DNA of 64,000 nucleotides from Polyangiaceae bacterium (GTDB lineage Bacteria; Myxococcota_A; Polyangia; Polyangiales; Polyangiaceae): NCBI GenBank assembly GCA_965222375.1, contig CBDCTZ010000009.1, positions 160,001 to 224,000 of the forward strand, read 5' to 3'. Shown piece by piece: positions 19,089 to 30,500 of this stretch (position 1 is its first letter; each line of letters starts with the position of its first letter). The notes under the pieces were generated by a model. It saw only the letters and a program-made list of their open reading frames with translations, ran no database searches and was not told where the DNA came from. The position numbers and the translations under genes were made by a program.

Positions 19089-22000
19089 CGTGCTCAAGAA
19101 GCGCTTTCCAAAGTACGTCAGCCCGACCTCTACATCGCTCTCCTTGCCGGTGAACTTGTAGTCCTCCCGAAACGCACTCCACCGCGCGGGTCGGTAATCG
19201 CTCTCCGTCGATCCGTACGCCTCGTACGTCGTCCTCTCTACGAGTTCGCCGGTCGCTTGGTCGAGGACCACGCTCGCCGACCCGAGGTGGTCCCCCAGCT
19301 CGAAGAACACATGCAGCCGCGAGCCCCCAATTGGCGTTGGCACATCGTGCTCGGTGGGCTCGTAGACCAAACGCGCTAGGCGTACCCCGTTCGCGAACAA
19401 ATACCCGACTTCAGTCGTCGCGCTGACGTCGTACTCCCCACCAACAAACTCCGCCCGCCTCAGTTCCAGCGACGCGAAGATGTAAACGCTGTGCCGCTCC
19501 ACACTCATGGAGTCCTTCGCGGTCTTGATGACGCGCTGGTCTCCCGCGTCGTAAGCATTCGTCAGTTCGGTAACTGCGCCCCCGCCGAGCGGGTTGTCGA
19601 TCACCGACACAGCAGAAGACGACGAGTCCCACCGCCTCGCTCGCGTCAGGCGCCCCACCTCGTCCCACTCGTAAGCGAACAGCTGGTTGCAATTCGACCC
19701 AGTTGGCAGACAGTTGCCTCCGCGGTCTACCGCGAGGCGCGTTAGGTTGCCGCAATCATCATACCGAGCAGCAAGTCGCCCTGTGCGCGGCCCCGGTGAT
19801 GCCAAGTTTTCCGCGGAAGCCAGCTGGTACGGCTTCGGCGAAGCGCCGCTGACTGGCCCGTTGCTAATCGTGCCCAGAGAGCGATCGTAGAATCCGTGCG
19901 CATCGTCGTCGCTCTGCGATGTGTTCCCGAGCCAATCATACGAATAGGTCTGCGAGAGGACCCGCTTGTCGAATTCAACGTGAGGCGACGGCTTGGCTCG
20001 ACGCGGGTCCTGCAACGCCGCAGTCCCCGAGTTCTCCGCCGCGAACGGAGAATCCCAATCGTCGTGTCCGTTCTCGTATTGGTAGTCGACGCGCTTGACT
20101 CGATACAGGTCATCGTATTGCGCCTTCTTGGTGACGGGCTTGGCGCCGTCCGGCCACTCGTCGGCGATCCGCCAGTCGTGCACCTCGACCGGATTGGAGA
20201 CGACGTCATAAGTGATCTCGTCGTCTTGCAGCAGCAGCTGGAAGCTAGGCTGATGGTCCGGCCCGAACATTGGTGGCGGCAGGTACGCCGGTGGGACGTC
20301 GGTCCACTCATTCGGCGGCCCGCGGTAAGTTTGCACCGTACTAACGCGCCGACGCGTGTCATAAACGTAGTCGGTGCGCGTGTCCGCCAGATCGCCGTAC
20401 TGAACCGAGTCGAGCAACCCATCAGCGGCACGCACCACCTTCTTGACAAGCGTGTTGTAGCTCCCTTGCACGCTCTGCACCGTGCCGCGGCGGGAATAGG
20501 TCGTCGTGACGGCGCGCGTGGAACCTCCCGCGGGCACGCCTGCCAGCTCGGCCGTCGTGGTCCCATTCGTCGCCAAGATCTCGCGGTCCGCCGAGTCGAA
20601 GTCCATGTTCCGCTGGTACCACCGCGGGGCGTACCGCTGAGCGAACGAATTGGCCGGTGTCCCGGGCTTGGCGATGCGAACTGAACTGTCCGTGTTTCGG
20701 CCACGCCCGTCGAAGGTCGTCACGGTGAGCGATGCTCGGTCGTAGACAGCGACGAGCCGGCCGACGACGAAGGGTGCGACCGGCGGGTTGTTCGGCGGAA
20801 GATCCAGCGGGACCGTGTCGTAGTGATACAGCACTTCGATGCCGACGTTGGGCGGAGAGTAAGCCTGATGCTGGGTCTCACAGGGTGAGTAATCTTCCGT
20901 AAGAAGTCGCCCCAGACCGTCATAGGTGAAGTTGATGCCGCACCCGCGCGCGTCGCTCGTGCCAACCAAATCGCCGGCGTCGTTGTATGCGTATCGCCAC
21001 GCCTTGAGCGAAGCGTCGTTCGATGTCACGTCCGTGGTGAACCCGGCAGACGTGTTCGGCTCCACGTTGAGCACCATCCGCGCCTGGGAGTCGTAGCGCA
21101 TCCAGCGGGTCACGCTTTCGGTGCTACCGCCGAGCTGGCGCACGATCTTCTGGGGCTCGTTCGTGGGCAAGTACGTGGTCCGCGTCACTCTCTCCCGAAG
21201 CGCTGTCCCCTCGTGGAATCGCTCGGTGGTCAACGCAGTGCGCCCGTGCCCGTCCTTCGTCTCCGACGCGAACGTCCCGGCGTGCGGCCCCGCTTCCAAG
21301 TCCGCCGCGTCCCACATGTCCGTGGAGAGCGCGTGGTGTGCCGAGTACAGCGTGATCGTCCCGTCCAGATCGGTCGTGAACTTCTGTCGCCCGAAGGCGT
21401 CATACCGCTGCGAGCCGTACGGCGCACTCGGCACCGCTCCAAACGGGAAAGCGTTCCCCGCTCCGTTGTAGAAGCTCTCGAGATGTTTGCGTTCGACCGT
21501 GCCCTTATTGTCGAAGGCGACCTGGCCGCTGGCGATCCACTTCGCGCCGTCCTCATCGAGATCGGCCTCGTTCAGGGTGACTAGCGTGCGCCCAAAGCCA
21601 TCGATGTAGCTCCAGCTCTCCAGATACTCGGCATCAGTCAGCGCAACGCCGTCTTGCGTCCTGGTGTGAATGATCGAATGAAACACCTGGCCAGGCGTGC
21701 CGAGGTCGGGTGGCAGGAAGTATTCGATGATGACGCTCGGCAAGGGAGACAGCACGCCGGGTGCGTCGGGATGCGGTCGTGTCAGTGAGGCTAGCCGCCC
21801 GAACCCGTCATAGCTGACCGCAGTCGGCTGGGACTGCATGTCCACGACCTTCGTCGCCAGTGCGAACCCTCGGTCATACTCGTCGACGGTCGTTACCAGC
21901 TCGAAGGACCCACAGCCGTTGGTGCTCGAGCGCTCGGTGGTGGGCAGCTGCGCGTATTGCGCATCATAGTCTACGCTGCGACAGCGCCCGTTCGGCCCGA

Positions 22001-25000
22001 ACTCTTTGATTACGTTCCCGAAGCCATCGTAGTCGGTCTTCCAGACGATGTCCGCGCCCGTCGATGCATCCGCCGGCGGCAACGCGACAGCCCCACCTCC
22101 GACTCGGAAGCGGTCCAGAGCGATCGACCCGCTCAGCTTTTGCGTGCTCGTTTCTGGAACGCCCTCCGGCGTGTACGCCGTGAGCGTCTCCTTGAGGATT
22201 CCATTGAAATACACGTTGCCGTCGACGTACGTCCGCACCGTGCGCCACAGCCATCCGGTGGGATCGCCTGTGGGTCGGCCAGGCTCGGTCACCGTCGTGA
22301 TGACTTCATCGGTGCCACCAGGGCAGCCCTGCGTGCAGCCCAGCGCCACAGCCTTGCGACGATTGCCAAACACGCCGACCTGGCTCGAGCTCTGAGTGCG
22401 CGCCCGTCCCTGCATCGACTTCAGTGTTACCGTGGCGTTTTCAATCGTCCAATCGGCGTTGCTCGCTGTCGGCGGAATCGCATCGCCCTCAGTCGGTGGC
22501 GCGCGCTCCACCTGCACCCGCGGCAGCGTCACATTCTCGGTCGCGGGAACGAAGTTGTCCGTGTCGTACAAATACGAAGTCTTCGACGTCTCGAAGGCGT
22601 GCCGCACTTCGCGCCCATCGAGGCCCGTGTACAACTTGCGCAATCGGTACGCCATCGTCGCGGTCGAGAGAACACGCCCGCTCTCATCACTCTTCTCGCT
22701 GACGACAGGCAACCCCTTCAGCGCCTCGCGCGGGTTGTCGCGCCAGCGCTCTGCCAGGCTGCAGTCTTCCGTCAGGTTCCCCGGGGTCTCGTCAACGCAC
22801 TCGCCCAGCAAGAACTCCGTCTCGGTGATGTCCGTCGGGCTGTTGTCGTCCCCAATTCGCTTCGCCGTTGCATGCCGAAATCCCCGGAACTCCCGCTGCC
22901 GGCCCTCGTACACTGGGTCCCGATACGTGTAGTCCGTCACATACGTGCCGGCAGGTTTGCCCGCGACCGCGTGGTTGTCCGTCTCCGTGACGCGCTTCAC
23001 GACGTGCGCCACGGTGGGCATCTTCGAGGTCCAGGGCTGCGAACTTCCCTCGGCCGCCACCATCTCCGCCGTGGACGTCGAGTATTCGAGGTGCGTGGAC
23101 TTTCCGAGGCCGTTCTCCACCTTCGTCAGCATCCAAGGACGCTTGCCGCCCTGCAGATCGATGTACTTGTAGTCGTAGCCATTTCCCCAGAGCAGGTCCC
23201 GAGTGCCAGACCCATCCACGTCGACGAGGCGCACCCGGTTGGCGGTGCCTGGATTCACTGGTGTGTTGAAGATGATGTGCCGCTCGGTCCAGCCAGTGCC
23301 ATCCACGTTGATGTAGATGTCTGCGGCGTTGAAGCGCACCTCAACCAGATCCGCCAAGCCATCACCGTTGACGTCGTCGACCAAGAGCGAGTCGCCTTGA
23401 ACCACCTGGTAGTTGGGACTCTTCGCCATTGCGATATGGCGGCTGTCGCCGAAGCTGCCCGACGGGCAGTCCGAGCGCTTGCCCGTACCCCAGAAGCCAT
23501 TGCCGCGCCCCGGCCAGTATCGGATGTCGCCCGAGCGCACCCGCACTATGTCCGTGATTCCGTCACCATTCATGTCGGCAAGCTTGATGTCCGGATCGCT
23601 GAACTGAATCGGCGTGGCACTCCAGGGCAGACACGAGGTGACCGGGTCGTTGGAGATCGCCGCTGTCGAGGGCCCTGTGCGCACCGCGCTCCCGAACTGT
23701 CCGTCGCCGCCGGGATAGCGCCCGAGCGAGAAGAAGGTCTGCATCTCGGTGCCGGTGCTAACGACCACGTCGACCAGCCCGTCGAAGTTCACGTCGAAGA
23801 CTCGGATCTTCTCGTTTTCGTTGGTGAAATCGATCTTCACGTCCTGCCCGGACGCTGTCTCGATGTTCCGCCCCTGCCACTGCCAACCGCTCGGTGCGAG
23901 TGCAGGTGAGAACACCTCGTACCTCTTGAAGATGGGCATATGCACGAGGTTCGCGCGGCCATCTCCGTCGAGGTCGAAGGGCGAAACGTTGCTATTCGTT
24001 AGCTTGATGACGTTCTCGTCCGTGCCCGGCGGAACGTTGAGCGGACTCACCGATATTGTCGTTGCGGTGAAACCGAGCCCCAACGGGTTTCCTCCCCCGC
24101 CACTCGGCGCCACGCCATTCAAGAACAAGCCATGCTTGCCGCCGAACAGCGCCGGTGCCGTCACAATGACATCCGGCAGCGCGTCCCCGTTTACGTCGAA
24201 AAGATCAGTCAGCCCTTCGTCAATGGAGTAGGCGGGTCCGCTCCCCAACTGGTGCTGTGTCTCGTCGATGGCTTCATACCCGAGCGCACTCGGCGTTGGT
24301 TTCACATGGGAGTAGTCGAAGCGCATCGCCGGTAGTGTGGGGCACGTTGTCGGGTCGCCCTCATCGGGAGCGCTTTCTTCATCGCCCGAGCACCGTCCTT
24401 CGACCTGCACGCTTGCCAGCAGCGAAACGTGGAAGGCGTCGTCGTACTCCAGCAAATAGCGTCGCACCCGCTTGAAGCCTGCCGAACTCGCTGCGAACGT
24501 CTTGCTCGCAACTTCCACGGTAGCCAAGCGCAGGTTCTGCTCAATCGCCCACCCGCTCCGGTAAGACCGCGTCGGGTCGGGCCGAGGTGCGTAGTTCAGC
24601 CGGGTATGGTGCGCATAGGCGCTGAGCGCAGAATTCGCCTGCGGCGGCGTGTCGTAGATATCGGACAGGTAGACCATGCCCCCGTCTTGGAAGTAGCGAA
24701 AGACGACCAGGTTGGCCGGTGCAGGATTGCCGCTGGCTGGGTTCGCAGTGCCGAACGTGTCGTACTGCCGCACGAGGTGCCAGCGGTACACCTCGCTGAA
24801 GTCGTTGGGATTCCGCTCGAGTGCCGCCGTGTAGTTGCTCCCATCTAGCGGCTCACCCAGCTCCATCGTGACGCCGCTCTTGTCCTGCACGCGCCAGGTT
24901 TGGTGATTCGGCGACCAGAAGAATCGCAGGAAGGAACCCTCCACCCGCGGGCGGAAGTACTGCCAACCCGCCGCCCAGACCGGCATCGCTTCGGTCAGCA

Positions 25001-25832
25001 GCGCCCCCGCACACGAGAGCATGCCGTCCACGACGCAGATCGGCACCAGCTCCTGTCCACCGTTGAACACGAAGCGATCCTGATCCGGATCAAAACCAGC
25101 CGAGTCGCCATACCGCGGGATCCCGCGATCCGTCTGCCGCGCGATGAACGGCACTCCGATGTTCCAGCCCATGCCCGCAACGCCCAATCCGCCGCTCGAG
25201 CTGTAGGAGAGCGAAAGACTCGGCTGCGCACTCCCGCGGGCCGCAGGAAGCGCCAGCGGAACGCTGAACGTGGCAACGCCCGTGGAGAGCTGCGCCGAAA
25301 AGCTCTCCTCCATCCCCTTGATCGTGCCCGAGCCCTTGGGAATGCTGATGGCCTTGCTGGTCACTCCGCTCTTATCAGCCCCAGTGGGCAGCGCAATCGT
25401 GTTGGTCGGAGTTCCAGCCTTCGCTGGCTCGCTGAGGTCAGGTTTTTTTGTTTGGGCTTTCGAACCTTTGTCGCTCCCAAGTACTGCAGTGTCCGTGCTT
25501 GCCGCCCCCGCAGCGTCGCTCTCCACCGCATCCATCGGCATCTGTGCCAAGTCCGGCGCGTGCTCACTCACATCCCCGGCGGTGCTGCCCGCCTGAGCTG
25601 CGCCCTGTCCGGCGCTCGTCGCGCTCACGACGTCGTCATTACTGGAGTGCGTCGCCGCCGGTGCTTGCGGTCCGCCGCTTGACTCACTCGCGCCTCCGCC
25701 CGGCTCGGCTCCCTGCGCGTGCGTACGCCCAACGCCCACAATGAGCGCCGCTAGCCCCACCACCGTTCGAAGCCGCGTCGACCCAGTGCGCCGTTGCGCA
25801 TGACGACTTCCAGTGCGCCGCGCGGTCATCAA
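19089..25832 (-). pseudogene. Large secreted SpvB/FG-GAP/RHS (TcB-TcC fusion-like) toxin, 5' part, interrupted by IS21
   Basis: Signal-like N-terminus (VVGLAALIVGVGRTHA), SpvB-like GSGTIKGMEESF...LSLSYSSSGG, DxNGDG repeats, REFRGF, YD repeats, DHLGS and YKFTGKESDVEVGLTYFGKR Rhs core. Confidence 0.92.
19097..19124. other. attL-like junction within the rhs core, CCAAAG 19108-19113
   Basis: agaagcgcttt-CCAAAG-tacgtcagccc; identity with 8372-8396 stops exactly after CCAAAG. Confidence 0.8.
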
Positions 25833-27514
25833 GACCCCCCGTCGATCTGCAGCCCGCCGCCGCGCACAATCGGAACCGGGATCAGCTCTGCCACCACATC
25901 GGGCGTCCCCTCAATGCTCCCAAACACGCGCCCGTAGTCATCCCACGCGGTTGCCAGCGCTCCACCTGGCCACAGTGGCGTCGCCGCCAGCGCGACTCGT
26001 CGTTGGTCATCCGCGCGATGTGCGTTCTGGCGCGGCAGGGCGATCTCCGGCTTCGAAAGATCCAGCGTGATCCCGCCGCCCGTGGTCCAAGTGATCTCCT
26101 TGAGCCACAGCTCTTCTGCTTTCGAGTCCGCCAGCACTGCCTCCGAGCGCCACGCGAGGAACACCCGGGCTCCAACCCGCGCGAGCGCCGGCTCACTCTG
26201 CCCAAGCGTCGTGTCCGTCGAGTACGGCGCAATGAGCGGGAGGATCGCAAACGAAGTCGCTGTCCCGGGCGCGGCCGTATCGAGCACCGCGCCCCGCAGC
26301 GTCGGCGTTCCAAATGCGCTCCCGCCCTCCGTGAACACTAGCAGCAAGCGCGAGCCATCAATCGCCACGAGCGCAGGCTTGTCCAAACTCGGGCCGGGGG
26401 AGGCGACACTCACTGAAAAGCTCACGCCCCCCGCTTTTGCCGCGATGGTTTCCGTGGTCCCCGTCCGCGCACGCCACGCCGCCGCCCAGCTTCCGCCCAA
26501 CGCCGCCAGCGCGACCTGTGACTCGTGCGCCGTCGTGTTCGCGAGCACTTGCTCGTTTCCTTGCGGACTGCCGTTTGCGGAAAGATTGCGCAGCTTGATG
26601 TCCAGCCCGGTTGTCGCAATCTTCGACTCGTCGACCCAGGCCGCCACCAGCTCGTTGCCGGTCCAAATCAGGTCCACATCACGCTGGTTGAAACTCGTGG
26701 TCTCGCTGACCCGCTGCTTCGCCCCGAGCGCTCCGCCCGCGCTCACCGTCCGCAGCGCAATCCCACGCCCATCGCCGTCCGCCCCGTTGTCGCTCCATGC
26801 AACTGCAAACCCATCCGCCGGCAACGCGGCGACGACAGGATGCGCCTTCTCGGTCGTGCTCGCGTCCTGCGCAACCATCGCGATTGTGCCGGGTACACCG
26901 TCCTCGTCAAAGATCCGCACGCCCACCTTCGGGCCTGCGTGGGTTTCGACGAAGGCGACCGCGAACCCCGACCCGTCGCCGCCCACCGGATGTCGCCCTT
27001 CACCAAGCCTCCGCGTCACCTTCGGTGGCACCCCGCCCTCCGACCCGGGTCCTGGCGATACGAGTACGTCTTGAACCACGCACTGCGCACTACACGAATC
27101 CGGTGGCGACGAACCCGTCCCGTCGTCGCACTCCTCCGTGATGGGATCACGCACGCCATCCCCGCAGAATTGCGACACGGGTCCGTCGAGCGGGCCATCG
27201 CTTGCACCGTCGTCCGTGCTGCCATCGGCCGGGGTGCCGCCTGTGCCTGCGCTCCCATCCACGGAAGCGTCGCCGCCGCCGACGCCGCCCGCGTCTTCGC
27301 CTCCGTCAATCGCGAAGCCGCCTGACCCAGCGTTGCCGCCTGCGCCGGCAGTTCCGGCAGCAGCAGCAGCGCCCCCGTTGCCGGCTGCCGCCGCAATGAC
27401 CCCGCCGCCACCGGCTCCATCTGGGCCACACGCCGCCGGCGTCGCTCCCGCGCACGCTACCGCCAGCGCTAAGGATGCGCGACCGATGGGTTGGAAGCTT
27501 GCCGCGTGGCGCAT
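25829..27514 (-). CDS. Putative lipoprotein with Gly-rich linker, myxobacterial Cys-rich repeat and beta-repeat domain
   Basis: Lipobox-like LAVAC/PAAC; FCGDGVRDPITEECDDG...CSAQC; its stop overlaps the rhs start. Confidence 0.8.
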   Translation of the reverse strand: MRHAASFQPIGRASLALAVACAGATPAACGPDGAGGGGVIAAAAGNGGAAAAAGTAGAGGNAGSGGFAIDGGEDAGGVGGGDASVDGSAGTGGTPADGSTDDGASDGPLDGPVSQFCGDGVRDPITEECDDGTGSSPPDSCSAQCVVQDVLVSPGPGSEGGVPPKVTRRLGEGRHPVGGDGSGFAVAFVETHAGPKVGVRIFDEDGVPGTIAMVAQDASTTEKAHPVVAALPADGFAVAWSDNGADGDGRGIALRTVSAGGALGAKQRVSETTSFNQRDVDLIWTGNELVAAWVDESKIATTGLDIKLRNLSANGSPQGNEQVLANTTAHESQVALAALGGSWAAAWRARTGTTETIAAKAGGVSFSVSVASPGPSLDKPALVAIDGSRLLLVFTEGGSAFGTPTLRGAVLDTAAPGTATSFAILPLIAPYSTDTTLGQSEPALARVGARVFLAWRSEAVLADSKAEELWLKEITWTTGGGITLDLSKPEIALPRQNAHRADDQRRVALAATPLWPGGALATAWDDYGRVFGSIEGTPDVVAELIPVPIVRGGGLQIDGGS

Positions 27515-27529
27515 TGGGCTCTCAGGTGG

Positions 27530-30500
27530 CTACTGCTGTTTGACCCAGTAGGATGAACCCGCCAGGATCTGGACCCTCTCCATCCGATCCAGTCTGGTCT
27601 CAGGTCTCACCTCGAATTCAAGCGCGTAGGCGCCTCCAAAGGACCTGTTCGCGAACTCGAACCGCGAAACGGCGCTAATGTACTGGGTTTGCCAGCCGTC
27701 TTTCAGCGGATCAAGCCACAGCTCCGCGGCGAGCCCCTTCGCTCCTTCGATCGTCCCGGTCGGGAGCGCCAGGGTCTGCCACACGCCTTCGTAGTTCGTG
27801 ACCCACGGTGGCCCGACGTGCCGCAGGTCATAACGGATGAAGGCTTCTGAGTAGCACCCCAGAGGATCTACCGCTTTGGTGCAGTCCATCAGTCCCGTGC
27901 CGACGAAGTTCACAGCAAGCTGGGTCCAGCGCGCATTGAAGCGCTTCTCGTACGGCGGTACAGCGTAGCCGTGGTCCCGGCGACCCCAGGGATCCAAGTT
28001 GAAGAACAAGCGTGCGCGCTGCGGTCTCTTGTAGAAGCTACACTCGTCCAGGCACACCTGGGAGCAGGGAGGCTGAACCGTGTCACAGCCACAAGCAACG
28101 CAGTCCTTCCCGCAGGTTTGCTCGACAGGAATGGTGGAGCTGACAGGCGTCCATTGCTCGGCCAAGAAGCCGAGCTCCCCGAGTTCCCCAGGCTCGGCCA
28201 CACAGAGCAATTCCCAAGGTGCCATTGACGCTCCGCCACCCGGTACATCCACCGGAAAGCTAACCGGCGTTGTCTGCAGACCCGGAAGTGTGATTACGTC
28301 GATGTCCTCGTCAGCGACCGCTGCCGGGCGAGAAACGGCGTAGCCATCGACGAAAGCTTGGAGGTTCGCCACGTAATCGCTGACTTTGTTTGTGTAGATC
28401 CCACCAGGCGTCGGTGAACCGACTTCGAGTCCAACAGCAGCCGGCAACGTCAGATCGTACGTGTACACCTCGTCGGCCCACACCGCCGGACTGTGCACAA
28501 AAGCTTCCGGCGTTGTGAGCTCGGACATCTTGACCACGTATCTGGCTTCGATTGCACGTCGAGCCGCCAGTGCGTACCGCCGAGAATTTTCGAGCAGCGC
28601 CTTGGCTCGCCATAGGTCATAGCTCCGATAACGGCGGTGGAGTCCAAACGAGGTGACCTGGCTTGCCTTCGTCAGCTCCACCTCGAGTTCGTGGCGCTCG
28701 GATGCCAGGCGACTCTGGTTGGTGGCCCGAAGGATTTCTGCGCCGCTTTTTGCGATTCGCGCGCCGGCATCCGCCAGTCCTCGCGCGGCCGAGTTGATGC
28801 CCGCCCAAGCGTCGAGTACCGCCTCGATGTGTTGGCTCTGTGCTGGCGCCACCGAGGTGCACACGTCTCGACACTTCTGCATTTGTTGGATTAGCGGTCC
28901 TGGAGAGAAGGAGGCCGTGACTGTCGTGCTCACGGAAGATGGGAAACCGACCGAGGCTCCCACGGAGACGCTTGTAGAAGTTCCGGCAGCCAACGCTGCT
29001 GCCATCGCTCTTACGGAACAATTGTCCTTGCAGAGCTGGTCTGCGGCGTTGAGCTGTGCCTCGGCGGTGGCTATTCTCGCCTTCGTGGCAGCGACAGCTG
29101 TCGTCAGCGCAGCAATGTGCTCGTGGGGCTCACGAAGCGCGGCCCACTGCTCGATGAAGAGCGGTTGCAGGGTTCCACCTGAATACTCCAGGAACGTTGG
29201 CGCGGCCGGTTCATTCAGCTTCTCAAACACTGGCACCGCGACCGCAAGCTCTTGCGCGTTCATTGCGTCGACTCGGCCTTGGACGAAGCAGTCAAGAATC
29301 AGGTTGATGTTGGTGTTGGCAGGAGGCGGGTCGCACGTTGGCACGGGCGACACCCCTGGATAGTTTGGCTGCGTAAAACCGACGCGTGTATCGCACGACG
29401 TGTTTCCCGACCCGCACAGCGCCTCGGCCTCCTCCTTCAATCCTGCAGCAGCGCGCGCTGTGGCAGCCGAAAGCTCCGCCTCGCTGGATTGCTCAACGAG
29501 TAAATTGTCCAAACTGGACTCAACGGCCTTCGTCGCTTCCTTCGCCTTCAGTTCAGCCGCGTTGAGGTAGAAGTCGACCGAGCTGGCGCCATCGGCCCCG
29601 CCTAGCAGCTTTGCATTCAGCGGCGGAACCCAGTCCGAGGCAATGCCGTAGCCATCGTATGCCGGCTCGATTGGATTGCGCGCTAGTCCCATCGACTGCT
29701 CACGAGCCCAGTCACCAAACTCGCCGCCCGCCGCGAACTGCTGGGCGTGGTGCGGCACGTCTTCGAGGCGAACATCCCCACCGAGCAGTGCCCAGCGCGG
29801 CTGTGTACCCACATAGCGGTTCCACACAAATGTGGCCCTGCCGTCGGGCACCGAAACCCGCTCGAACACGATTCTCCATGGCGCGCTCTCTGCGCCGGCA
29901 ATCTGCTGGTTGTGGCTGGTGGCGCCGTTGTAGCTCCTGGCTACGTTGGGGAATGCGGAGGAAATAGCGCTGAGTATGGTTGCGCCACGAATCTGACTCC
30001 CGGGATGCTCCGCAAGGTTTCCAGCGAGGCCTTGGGTATCTAACGGGCCGTCTAATCGCACCGCCCGCACCTGGGCATTTGCCTCGGCAAATTCCCCTCC
30101 CTTCTCGAAGAAGACGCTGACGTTGTAGAGCGGGTTGCCAAGGCCGTCCTGCGGGATCGTGAGTCGTGGTGGATTTTCCGAATTGCGCTGGAGGAACGGT
30201 CGAACCGTCACGCTGCCCGGACCGATGGCTCCCTCGATCAGTTCCAGAATGTCGTTGCCTCGGGCAAAGTACTTGTCCTGCACGTTTGCGATCGTGCCTG
30301 GGTTCTCTTGGATATACGCGAGCGAGGAAAACACCATTTCTCGCACGGCTGTCAGCGCCGATGCCGTGCCCATGGTGCGTTTCAAGTCCGAGACGGTGCT
30401 ATCCTGACTGCCGGCAAAGGCTTGCTCACGGCCTCTCGCGCCGAGATCCAGGACGTCCGCCGTCGGCAAATATAGCCCACTGAAGCCCTGGTACGCAGGT

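Larger units (their letters stand above)
8391..19113 (-). mobile_element. Integrative toxin-tip element, copy 2 (7500 bp plus inserted IS21)
   Basis: Same gene order as 908-8396 with a constant 7500-bp offset over most of its length; ends at the CCAAAG core inside the full-length rhs gene. Confidence 0.85.

Noticed and set aside
21957..23909. 650-aa plus-strand ORF and similar long antisense ORFs (45607-47478, 54341-56125, 42267-43703, 60862-62163)
   Set aside because: Shadow frames opposite well-supported genes, expected in high-GC DNA.
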